In this document: positions 1 to 8,381 of the stretch, piece after piece
How the letters are laid out: each line of letters begins with the position of its first letter
How positions within the stretch are numbered: the first letter of the stretch is position 1
DNA from: an uncultured Planctomycetia bacterium
Lineage (GTDB): Bacteria > Omnitrophota > Gorgyraeia > Kaelpiales > Kaelpiaceae
Length of the DNA: 30,808 nucleotides
Assembly: GCA_964422895.1 (NCBI GenBank)
Contig: CAYRCW010000003.1
Location: 1-30,808 of the forward strand
Direction: 5' to 3'
Translations under genes and position numbers: made by a program
The notes under the pieces: generated by a model
Databases searched by the model: none
The model's input: only the letters and a program-made list of their open reading frames with translations
What the model was told of the DNA's origin: nothing

Positions 1-11
1 AAGAATGGAAA

Positions 12-85
12 TAGCGGTGAGTGGACTCGAACCACTGACAATACGGGTATGAGCCGTACGCTCTAACCAACTGAGCTACACCGCC
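12..85 (-). tRNA. tRNA-Met (anticodon CAT), probably elongator; CCA not encoded
   Basis: The reverse complement folds as a cloverleaf: acceptor GGCGGTG/CACCGCT (G1-U72 wobble) plus discriminator A, D arm GCTC-AGTTGGTTA-GAGC, anticodon arm TACGG-CTCATAC-CCGTA, T arm AGTGG-TTCGAGT-CCACT. Paired position 1 and no GGG/CCC anticodon stem argue against initiator. The GGCGG start and CTCATAC loop resemble elongator Met more than Ile2 (recalled). Followed by TTT, not CCA. Confidence 0.95.
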
Positions 86-102
86 ATAGAAACTGAGTTT
101 AA

Positions 103-130
103 ATTATACCAGAATATCTGGCGATTTAAA
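103..130 (-). promoter_or_regulatory. Putative sigma70 promoter for tRNA-Met (extended -10)
   Basis: Minus strand TTTAAA(130-125)-N16-TATAAT(108-103) with TG at the extended -10 position (TGgTATAAT), 17 nt upstream of the mature tRNA 5' end. Confidence 0.65.
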
Positions 131-139
131 TACTGAAAA

Positions 140-448
140 TCAAGTTTTAGCTACAGATAATATTTGAACCTCAACTGGAAGTTGCTTATTCATCTCTTTT
201 TTCAATCTATCCTCTTCTATCTCTTCTTTCAACTTTACAAACAACTGCTCACCTTCACTCTCTATACCAAGCTTAAGAGCTCTTGTGAATTTAATCTTTG
301 GTATCGGATGAAAACCTTGTGAATAAAAAACATCTACATTAGCTCGCCTTAAAACGCGCTGGAATAGATGCAAGAGATCTAGGTGAGATATAAATTTTAA
401 CAACCCTTTCTTTGTAAATACTAACTCATACTCAATTGGAGCTTTCAT
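140..448 (-). CDS. Short TIGR03936/DUF2344-family radical SAM-associated protein (102 aa)
   Basis: Motifs FISHLDL, LRRA..VFYSQGFHPIPKIKF, ALKLGIESEGE and MNKQLP match the recalled N-terminal half of the family. ATG overlaps the pilT stop (ATGA). The TIGR03960-type partner is two genes upstream. Confidence 0.85.
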   Translation of the reverse strand: MKAPIEYELVFTKKGLLKFISHLDLLHLFQRVLRRANVDVFYSQGFHPIPKIKFTRALKLGIESEGEQLFVKLKEEIEEDRLKKEMNKQLPVEVQILSVAKT

Positions 449-1554
449 GCTTTTCTTTGAATCAGCTTTTTGAGATCTTCAACGTCTAAAGAGTGCAGCA
501 TTGCCTGCTCATAGCCTATATCACCATTTAGATATAGATTGACTAAACTCTGATTCATGGTGCTCATACCCTCTGCCTGCGCAGTCTGAAGTATTGATGT
601 TATCTGATGGACTTTGCTCTCTCTGATCATACTTCTTATTGCATGGTTTGCAACCATCATTTCATAAGCCAATACACGACCCTTTCCTTCTTTCTTACCC
701 ATAAGTTGCTGCGTAAGAACTGCTAAAAGCACAAAAGAGAGCTGAACCCTCACTTGAGATTGTTTATGAGATGGAAAAACATCAATAATCCTATTAATAC
801 TCTGAATTGCATCAGGAGTATGCAAAGTAGCTAAGACAAGGTGTCCTGTCTCAGCTATATTTAAAGCTGCCTCCATTGTCTCGAGATCGCGCATCTCCCC
901 GACAAGTATAATATCAGGATCCTCTCTTAACACATGCCTTAAAGAGTTATTGAATGAATGCGTATCTGAACCTACTTCTCTTTGATCTATAACAGAATTC
1001 TTGGATTTAAATACATACTCTACAGGGTCTTCTACTGTAATAATGTGACTTGTTTTATTCTCATTTAACCATTCAATCATCGAAGCTATAGATGTAGACT
1101 TACCACTCCCAGTAGGGCCTGTAACAAGAATAAGACCTTTATTTTTATTTAATAATTTCTCTATTATAAGTTCCTGATTTAGACCACATTCAGAGAGCGA
1201 AGGCACATGGACTGGCAACATTCTTACTGCAGCAGCTAAAGAACCTCTTTGGATATAGAGATTTATTCTATAACGAGCTATTCCTTCTATCTCTAAGGCA
1301 AAATCAAGCTCCCATTCTTTTTTAAACCTTTCTTTCTGCTCTTCATTTAATGCGTTGAAAACTAATTTTTCAATGTCTTCTGATAAGAGTTCAGAGTGAT
1401 CGCTGATAGTCAACTTCCCATCTATTCTAAATATCGGAGGATATCCACCTTTAAGATGTAGGTCAGAAGAATTATTTTGAGACATCTCAACAAGAAGTTC
1501 TTTAAGAATACTATCCATTTCACCTCTTTTAATAATACTCTTAAGAAAATCCAT
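445..1554 (-). CDS. pilT: Type IV pilus retraction ATPase PilT/PilU family
   Basis: SDLHL, Walker A GPTGSGKS, Asp box TVEDPVE, Walker B region EDPDIILVGEMRD, His box TLHT, AIRSMIRE (AIRNLIRE-like). Strong SD AAGGAGGT 6 nt before the ATG at 1554. Confidence 0.95.
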   Translation of the reverse strand: MDFLKSIIKRGEMDSILKELLVEMSQNNSSDLHLKGGYPPIFRIDGKLTISDHSELLSEDIEKLVFNALNEEQKERFKKEWELDFALEIEGIARYRINLYIQRGSLAAAVRMLPVHVPSLSECGLNQELIIEKLLNKNKGLILVTGPTGSGKSTSIASMIEWLNENKTSHIITVEDPVEYVFKSKNSVIDQREVGSDTHSFNNSLRHVLREDPDIILVGEMRDLETMEAALNIAETGHLVLATLHTPDAIQSINRIIDVFPSHKQSQVRVQLSFVLLAVLTQQLMGKKEGKGRVLAYEMMVANHAIRSMIRESKVHQITSILQTAQAEGMSTMNQSLVNLYLNGDIGYEQAMLHSLDVEDLKKLIQRKA

Positions 1555-1583
1555 ATCATTACCTCCTTTTAATATTAAATATA

Positions 1584-3326
1584 CTAAAATTTAACTCTAG
1601 CATTCTCAAAACTTGCCCATAAATCTTTTTTATCAATACCTACATCCAGATAATCCCAGGGTAGAACAGAAGATTCACCCCAACAGGGCTTAAGATAATC
1701 CTCTATATCAATACCCTTCTTGTTAAATGCATTATACCATAAATCACTATTGAATTCTCCTTCCCAAGAATCGAACCTTGCTCCGTTTTTCCAAGCTTCA
1801 TAGATAACAGCCGACAACCTTCTATCCCCCCTAGAAAATATCGCCTCAATTAAAGAATAATCATAATCTCTAAAATCTATCTTTATACGTCTATTTCTTA
1901 AATTGTCTCTTATGAAACCAATCTGCTTTAATACCTCTTCTCTAGATGCAAAATGATACCACTGAAAAGGCGTATGAGGCTTAGGAATAAAAGTTGCAAA
2001 GCTAAGCTTTAAATTTACAGATCTCTTTGTCTTAAGTTTTAGAAGCTCTTTTATAAAGATTACTGTCTCTTTTAAATCGTCTATCTTAAGACCCGGAAGA
2101 CCAAGCATATAATACAACTTTATACTCTTCCAACCTCTATCAAATGCAAAAGATGTAATCTCAGTTAATATGTTTTCATCAACATGCTTACCCACTATAT
2201 TTTTCATCCTTAAAGAGCTTACCTCGGGAGCAAATGTTAATGAAGGTCTCTTTGTATCGATAAACTTGCTTAGACTACTTATAAGACTCTCACTAACCCA
2301 GAGAGACGGTAAGCTTAAGAATACATTTTGATCTTCAAATTTACTCCTTAGACTGTCAACTAGTTTCTCTATACCTGAATAGGCTCCACTGGATAATGAA
2401 GATAAGCAGATCTCTTCATAGCCTGTATTCTTATAGCTATCATTAGCAATAGAGATAATGTTCTCTATTCCTCTCTCTCTTGGCGGACCATAGTAGACTC
2501 TTGCTTGGCAGAACCTGCAAAAGTTTGGACAACCTCTCATAATCTCAACATTTATCCTATCATGAATAGTGCGAATATAAGATACAGGGGGGCTTAGAGA
2601 ATGAGCTGCACTATCAAGATCTTTTATATAGTTCTTTTTAACCTTTCTATTTATAGCAGGTATTACAAAGTTCTCTTCTGTTAATTCTATTTTATAAAGC
2701 GAAGGAATATAAATGGAACTCTGATCTTTAAGACTTAACAGCAGCTCTTCTCTTGATAGACTATTCTTACGACCTTTAGATATTTTATCCAAAAGAGGAA
2801 TAATTACATCTTCTGCTTCACCTACAAGAAATAGATCAAAAAAATCAGCGACAGGCTCAGGATTCAATGTAGAAGGTCCTCCTCCAATTACAAGAGGATG
2901 ATTATCCGATCTGTCTTTAGAGAAAATATCTAATCTAGCTAAATCAAGTATAGTTAAAATATTAGTATAGTTTAATTCATGTTGAAGCGTAAATGCAATG
3001 ACATCAAACTCAGATAAAGGTCTCTTGCTCTCAAGGCTATACAGGGGAATATTTGAACTCTTAAGCAAACTCTCCATATCATGCCAAGGAGCAAAAGATC
3101 TCTGACATATAAACTCAGGTTCTGAATTTATGATTTCATAGATAAGACGCAAACCTTGATTGCTCATTCCAATCTCATAGATATCTGGATATATCAAAGC
3201 AACTTTAAGTAAAGAATTATTCCAATCTTTTTCTATACTATTGTGCTCTCTACCTATATAACGACCAGGTTTTTGGACTTTAGAGAGATTGTTTAAAATA
3301 AAATCTTCTATTTTTTTAGAATCCAT
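1584..3326 (-). CDS. TIGR03960-type B12-binding-like radical SAM protein, function unknown
   Basis: N-terminal KPGRYIG, YPDIYEIGMSN, FTLQHELNYTN, GGP..NPEP; radical SAM motif CPNFCRFC; LPSL, TFAPE, KLYYMLGLP, FIPKPHTPFQW, RFDSW, LPWD. Directly downstream of rodA, a known neighbourhood for this family. Confidence 0.9.
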   Translation of the reverse strand: MDSKKIEDFILNNLSKVQKPGRYIGREHNSIEKDWNNSLLKVALIYPDIYEIGMSNQGLRLIYEIINSEPEFICQRSFAPWHDMESLLKSSNIPLYSLESKRPLSEFDVIAFTLQHELNYTNILTILDLARLDIFSKDRSDNHPLVIGGGPSTLNPEPVADFFDLFLVGEAEDVIIPLLDKISKGRKNSLSREELLLSLKDQSSIYIPSLYKIELTEENFVIPAINRKVKKNYIKDLDSAAHSLSPPVSYIRTIHDRINVEIMRGCPNFCRFCQARVYYGPPRERGIENIISIANDSYKNTGYEEICLSSLSSGAYSGIEKLVDSLRSKFEDQNVFLSLPSLWVSESLISSLSKFIDTKRPSLTFAPEVSSLRMKNIVGKHVDENILTEITSFAFDRGWKSIKLYYMLGLPGLKIDDLKETVIFIKELLKLKTKRSVNLKLSFATFIPKPHTPFQWYHFASREEVLKQIGFIRDNLRNRRIKIDFRDYDYSLIEAIFSRGDRRLSAVIYEAWKNGARFDSWEGEFNSDLWYNAFNKKGIDIEDYLKPCWGESSVLPWDYLDVGIDKKDLWASFENARVKF

Positions 3327-3330
3327 ACAA

Positions 3331-4371
3331 TTATTTATCTCTAAAAAATAATGCTATCATGACAACGGTAACCATTAAATCTGAACCGCCATAGCTAAAG
3401 AACGGAAGCGGCAACCCTACGATAGGTAGCACCCCTATGGTCATGCATATATTAACTATTATCTGAACTGATATGGTTACAAGAAAGAGATTAAGCAACA
3501 TTCCTGAGGCTCCATCTTTTCTCCTGGATGCAATACTATGCATCCTTCTAAGCATAAGCAGGTACAGCCCTAAAAGTACAATAACACCTAAGAAGCCCCA
3601 TTCTTCAGCAAAAACTGGAAAGACAAAATCTGTATGAGACTCTGGAAGAAATCTTAATTGACCCTGAGCCCCTTTTAACCATCCTTTACCTACGATACCG
3701 CCTGAACCTACAGCTATCTTAGACTGCATTAGAGTATAACCTGCCCCCAAAGGATCAAGCTCTGGATTAACAAACGTCAGAATTCTACTCTTCTGATAAG
3801 GCTTTAAATTAAAATAGAGAATAGGAACCATTATTAACCCGGCAATAATCCAAGGTAGAGCTTTTCTAAGCTTTACCTTCTTAAGCATAAAAAATGCTAT
3901 AACAGAAGGAAAGAGCATCAATGAACCGCCTAAATCTGGCTCTTTAGCAATTAATATCGCAGCTAAAAATGTGAATAACAGTGGCATGATAAATGAAAAA
4001 GAACTTTCAAAATTACTATAATAAAAAACAGAGACGAGAAAGATAGGCAATGAAAATTTCATAACTTCTGAAGGTTGAATATTTATAAAGCCAAATTTTA
4101 TCCACCTATGAGTAGAGCCCTCAGCAGGCAGTATTAATACTAAAATCAAAAGCAGAAGAGAGATAACATAAAATATTAATCCCAAATTTAATATTCTCCT
4201 AGTACCTATAAAAGAGACTCCAAAACCTACAAAGAGCGACGCTAAAAACCAGATAGATTGCCGCATAATATAGCTGCCTGCAAAATTATAACTTGCACTA
4301 TATAGATTCATTATTCCGATTAAAAATATAATTAAAACATAGCAGATCAATATATCGAATCTCTTATTCAT
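3331..4371 (-). CDS. rodA: Rod shape-determining SEDS glycosyltransferase RodA
   Basis: Multi-TM protein with RWI..QPSE.MK, EPDLG, LKPYQKSRI, GAGY..QSKIAVGSGG, LPESHTDF, EEWG, LPFFSYGGS; follows mrdA. Confidence 0.95.
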   Translation of the reverse strand: MNKRFDILICYVLIIFLIGIMNLYSASYNFAGSYIMRQSIWFLASLFVGFGVSFIGTRRILNLGLIFYVISLLLLILVLILPAEGSTHRWIKFGFINIQPSEVMKFSLPIFLVSVFYYSNFESSFSFIMPLLFTFLAAILIAKEPDLGGSLMLFPSVIAFFMLKKVKLRKALPWIIAGLIMVPILYFNLKPYQKSRILTFVNPELDPLGAGYTLMQSKIAVGSGGIVGKGWLKGAQGQLRFLPESHTDFVFPVFAEEWGFLGVIVLLGLYLLMLRRMHSIASRRKDGASGMLLNLFLVTISVQIIVNICMTIGVLPIVGLPLPFFSYGGSDLMVTVVMIALFFRDK

Positions 4372-6080
4372 AGCTCACTTTTCTTGTAATAATAATTTAG
4401 AAACTCTTTTACTATTCTTGCACTAACATAACCTCCGCCACCTCCATGTTCAACAAAAGCTAAAAAAGCAATTCTAGGAGAGTCGTATGGTGCAAAACCT
4501 CCAAACCAAGCATGAGACTTTCCTAATGCTACCTGAGCTGTACCTGTCTTACCAGCAATAACAGGACTAATCTTAGCTATTTGACCTGTACCAGTAGAAC
4601 TATTTACAGCATCTTTCATAGACCTTTTTATAAATTTTATATTTTTAATAGCTACAGAGAGAATCTCAGCTTCTTCTTTATATGTTGCCTCCCCACTTAT
4701 AGAACTACAAATCTTGGGTTTTAAAAGAGTCCCATCATTAGCCAGAGCTGCTATAAACCTAACAACCTGCATAGGGCTTACTAAGAGATACCCTTGGCCT
4801 ATAGATATATTAATTGTATCTCCAGGATACCAATGCTCTTTCTTTTCCTTAACTTTCCAAGCTGGAGACGGCAAAAAACCGTCTTTCTCATAAGGTAAAT
4901 CGATCCCTGTTTTTCGACCAAAACCAAAAAGATCTGCATAGTATATGATAGAATCAATACCAGTTTTTAATCCAGTATTGTAAAAATATACATTACAGGA
5001 ATGAGCTATGGCTTGACGTAAATCCTGCCAATTATGTCCACTACTTTTCCAACATTTATAGTTATGCTTTCCGTATTTAAAATATCCTGGGCAAAAAAAT
5101 CTATCCCCTGGATTAATAGCATTACTCTCAAGAGCTGCAACAGCAATAAGTAGCTTAAATACTGATCCTAATGGATATTCTCCTTGTATAGTGCGATTTA
5201 AAAGAGGGTTCTCTGCGGATCTAAGTAATTTTAATATCTTATGATTATCAGAAGATATAAAAAGGTTGGGATTAAAGTTGGGTGAGCTAACTGCAGTTAT
5301 TACCTCACCTGACTCAACATCCATAGCAAGAAAACAACCTACATAAGGAGCTAACAACTCTTCTGCTTTCTGCTGCAAATCTAAGTCGATAGTCAGATAA
5401 ACATCCAAACCTCTCTTTGGATCCTGTTGACTCAGAACCTCTATAATCTTACCTTGATTGTCAACCTTAACTAGCATCCCGCCATCGCTACCCTTCAAAT
5501 AAGGTTCAAACTCTTTCTCTGCTCCATTCTTCCCAATATAAGAGCTAAACCTGTATCCATAAGGTTTGAGCTCCCTTAACTCTTCTTCAGAAATCTCACC
5601 AAGATAGCCAAGTAGATGAGATGCAACAGAATCAAAAGGATAATATCTCTTAATATTCTCAGATATTAGCAGTCCTGATATATCCCTATATTTCTCTTTC
5701 AAAAATAAAGCCTTTTCAAAATCAACATCAGAGACAAGAGTTAAAGGAGCAAATGGAGCTTTGAACTTAAGCTTATAGGACCTCTTTAAATCTTCTACGC
5801 TAACACCAAGCTCTTTATTTATTACATTAAATATTTCATCTCTATTTTTAACTCTATCTGGAAGTACCTGTATTGAGAAATTTAAACGATTTCCAGCAAG
5901 TTCCCTGCCATAGCGATCTAAAATATTGCCCCTATAACCACTGAGAGGCAAGACTCTAAGATAATTATTTAAACTCATCTCTCGATAATAATCACCTTTA
6001 AGAACTTGAAAGCAGAAAATTCTTAAAATAATTAATATAAGAGACGTGGTTAAAAATATTTTGTATATTTTGGAAAACAT
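4368..6080 (-). CDS. mrdA: Penicillin-binding protein 2 (class B transpeptidase)
   Basis: N-terminal TM, RGNILDR dimerisation domain, catalytic motifs SVFK (SxxK), SCN (SxN) and KTG; lies between mreD and rodA. Confidence 0.95.
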   Translation of the reverse strand: MFSKIYKIFLTTSLILIILRIFCFQVLKGDYYREMSLNNYLRVLPLSGYRGNILDRYGRELAGNRLNFSIQVLPDRVKNRDEIFNVINKELGVSVEDLKRSYKLKFKAPFAPLTLVSDVDFEKALFLKEKYRDISGLLISENIKRYYPFDSVASHLLGYLGEISEEELRELKPYGYRFSSYIGKNGAEKEFEPYLKGSDGGMLVKVDNQGKIIEVLSQQDPKRGLDVYLTIDLDLQQKAEELLAPYVGCFLAMDVESGEVITAVSSPNFNPNLFISSDNHKILKLLRSAENPLLNRTIQGEYPLGSVFKLLIAVAALESNAINPGDRFFCPGYFKYGKHNYKCWKSSGHNWQDLRQAIAHSCNVYFYNTGLKTGIDSIIYYADLFGFGRKTGIDLPYEKDGFLPSPAWKVKEKKEHWYPGDTINISIGQGYLLVSPMQVVRFIAALANDGTLLKPKICSSISGEATYKEEAEILSVAIKNIKFIKRSMKDAVNSSTGTGQIAKISPVIAGKTGTAQVALGKSHAWFGGFAPYDSPRIAFLAFVEHGGGGGYVSARIVKEFLNYYYKKSEL

Positions 6081-6490
6081 TTTTCTAAATAGAGTTGTGC
6101 AAAATAGATACCTATTATTAATATAGAATTATACATTAAATTTAAAAAATATATATTTACACCAGCTTTATACTCTATTAAAAAATGAAAATTACAAAAA
6201 GTTCTTATAAAAATAAAACCTAAAAATAGAAACAAAAAATTAGATACTCTACTGCCATGAAACACTTTGAGCTGCCATCTTCTTAAAAGATAGAGTACGA
6301 AATAAGGTACAACGTACAATCCTAAAGAATAAATATTGAAGACCTCGGCAATCAAAGCACAAATCAAGAAATCATTATAATTAAATTTATCATCAAGAAT
6401 AAGAGAGTATAGAAAAATGAATGATACTAAATCTACTCCACTAAACACCTTCAAAACTCCGGCAATAAATAAAAGCACTAAGTATAACAT
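6050..6490 (-). CDS. mreD: Probable rod shape-determining protein MreD (divergent)
   Basis: 146-aa hydrophobic multi-TM protein between mreC and mrdA; weak matches (VDL, ALIAEV..SLGLY, LMYNS). Assignment is mostly positional. Confidence 0.7.
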   Translation of the reverse strand: MLYLVLLFIAGVLKVFSGVDLVSFIFLYSLILDDKFNYNDFLICALIAEVFNIYSLGLYVVPYFVLYLLRRWQLKVFHGSRVSNFLFLFLGFIFIRTFCNFHFLIEYKAGVNIYFLNLMYNSILIIGIYFAQLYLEKCFPKYTKYF

Positions 6491-7218
6491 TAATCTGCTA
6501 CAATTATTAAAATATTCTCAGCCTTAGAAAGATCAGCAAATGGTTCAACATCAGCAATCTTATACATCTGAGAAGCATGCATATAGACATTAACTATTTT
6601 ACCAATTGCTATCCCTCTAGGCAGCAAACCTTTTCCTGAAGTCACTACCCCATCTCCCACTTTAACATCGCTGTTAATATCTATATAAAATAATTTTAAA
6701 TTGAGACCCTTACCTCTACCTACTAACAAAGCAATGTCTCTAGTAGAAGAGATGCGAGCAGATATATTAAAACTAGGATCAAAATAAGGCAGTACAAAAG
6801 AATAGCTTATGTTCACATCGTCAACTATGCCCACAAAACCATCAGATGTTATTGCTGCACTATGCTTTTTAACATTATCTTCACTTCCTTTGTCTATTAA
6901 AAACTTAACTCTTAATTCTTCTTTTATCCTAGAAACAAGATTGGCTACGATAGGATCTTTTAAACTCTCTTTTAACCCTAGAGATATTTTAAGATTATTA
7001 TTCTCGTTCTCAAGATTATCTATCCTGCAAGCTTGACTCTGATTCTCTCTTAATATTTGAGCTATATCTTCTTGAGAAGTATCACCTTTTTTACTTAAAA
7101 AACTGAAGATATTTGTATTAGAAAATTTGGATGAAATTTGAAACATAGTATTTTGGAAAAAACCCTTCAACAAGAAAAGGGCTATAAACAAGGAGACTGT
7201 AATCAAACCTCTTTTCAT
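6490..7218 (-). CDS. mreC: Rod shape-determining protein MreC
   Basis: N-terminal TM, coiled coil (ENENNNLK), IDKGSEDNV, G.VGIV, VKVGDGVVTSG.GLLPRGIAIGKI, A.VEPFADLSKAENILI. Confidence 0.92.
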   Translation of the reverse strand: MKRGLITVSLFIALFLLKGFFQNTMFQISSKFSNTNIFSFLSKKGDTSQEDIAQILRENQSQACRIDNLENENNNLKISLGLKESLKDPIVANLVSRIKEELRVKFLIDKGSEDNVKKHSAAITSDGFVGIVDDVNISYSFVLPYFDPSFNISARISSTRDIALLVGRGKGLNLKLFYIDINSDVKVGDGVVTSGKGLLPRGIAIGKIVNVYMHASQMYKIADVEPFADLSKAENILIIVAD

Positions 7219-7240
7219 CTATTATTAGAACAAGGGCTCA

Positions 7241-8323
7241 CTAAGCTTCTAGTTTAGGCTGGACTGTAACTCTCTTTAAATACCTTAATTCACTTAATAC
7301 TTTACCAGTACCCAGAGCAACCGCAGTCAGAGGATCGTCTGCAACATGAACAGGAAGACCTGTCTCCTCAGTTATCAGAAGATCTAAACCTCTAAGAAGT
7401 GCGCCACCACCTGCTAAAACAATTCCAACCTCTATTAAATCTGCAGAAAGTTCCGGGGGAGTTCTCTCAAGAGTAAATCTAGTTACTTCTAGTATCTGAG
7501 TAATAGGTTCCGCCATAGCTTCTCTTATTTCTTCGGAAGTTACAGGAACTGTTTTAGGTAGACCTGTAACTATATCCCGCCCCTTTACCTCCATTGATAG
7601 CTCTTCTTCCAGTGGATATGCTGACCCAATTTTTATCTTAATATCTTCAGCAGTCCTCTCTCCGATCATAAGATTATAGGTTTTTTTCATATGCTGAATT
7701 ATAGCCTCATCCATCTCATCGCCGCCTATTCTAATGCTTTTTGCTAAGACCAGTCCTGCTAAAGATATCACTGCTATCTCAGTAGTACCTCCACCTATAT
7801 CTATGACCATATTGCCTATAGGTTCATATATAGGTAGTCCTACTCCTATTGCAGCAGCAACAGGTTCTTCTATAAGATACACTTCTCTTGCCCCAGCATG
7901 AAGAGCTGAGTCTTTTACAGCTCTCTTTTCAACCTCTGTAATACCAGATGGTATAGCTACTACAACTCGGGGTTTCAATAAAAACTTCTTCTTATTTACT
8001 TTTGTTATGAAATATCTTAACATCTGTTCAGTTACTTCGAAGTCTGTTATAACTCCATCCTGAAGAGGTCTAATAGCCACTATATTACCCGGGGTCTTAC
8101 CAAGCATTCTTTTAGCTTCCTCTCCAACAGCTAAGACACGGTTCTGACTTCTCTCTATTGCAACAACTGAAGGCTCGCATAAAACAATACCTTCACCTTT
8201 AACGTAAACTAATGTAGTTGCGGTACCGAGATCTATACCGATGTCAGAAGAGAAAGAAGCATTAAGCCCTTCATAAAGAGAGCTTAAGCTTTTCCAAACT
8301 TTTGATAAATTTATCTTTGCCAT
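7241..8323 (-). CDS. mreB: Actin-like protein MreB
   Basis: [71 protein letters not shown]. Confidence 0.98.
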   Translation of the reverse strand: MAKINLSKVWKSLSSLYEGLNASFSSDIGIDLGTATTLVYVKGEGIVLCEPSVVAIERSQNRVLAVGEEAKRMLGKTPGNIVAIRPLQDGVITDFEVTEQMLRYFITKVNKKKFLLKPRVVVAIPSGITEVEKRAVKDSALHAGAREVYLIEEPVAAAIGVGLPIYEPIGNMVIDIGGGTTEIAVISLAGLVLAKSIRIGGDEMDEAIIQHMKKTYNLMIGERTAEDIKIKIGSAYPLEEELSMEVKGRDIVTGLPKTVPVTSEEIREAMAEPITQILEVTRFTLERTPPELSADLIEVGIVLAGGGALLRGLDLLITEETGLPVHVADDPLTAVALGTGKVLSELRYLKRVTVQPKLEA

Positions 8324-8336
8324 AATAAACTGATAT

Positions 8337-8365
8337 ATTCTATCAACTTGCTATATTTAAGTCAA
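8337..8365 (-). promoter_or_regulatory. Putative sigma70 promoter of the mreBCD-mrdA-rodA operon
   Basis: Minus strand TTGACT(8365-8360)-N17-TAGAAT(8342-8337) in the 58-bp aroA-mreB gap; near-consensus at both boxes with ideal spacing. Confidence 0.75.
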
Positions 8366-8381
8366 ACCACAAATCACCTAT

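Noticed and set aside
6-12. CCA a few nucleotides downstream of the tRNA discriminator
   Set aside because: It is separated from the discriminator by TTT, so it is not the encoded 3' CCA; non-encoded CCA is common.
109-121. Small inverted repeat CCAGA-TAT-TCTGG in the tRNA promoter spacer
   Set aside because: A 5-bp stem is expected by chance, and there is no second copy to suggest an operator.
1510-1570. Apparent duplicated SD plus start at the pilT 5' end (GGAGGT-N6-ATGGAT and AGAGGT-N3-ATGGAT; MDFLK versus MDSILK)
   Set aside because: The second SD is too close to its ATG and the similarity is short; the first start is clearly better, so two isoforms cannot be supported.
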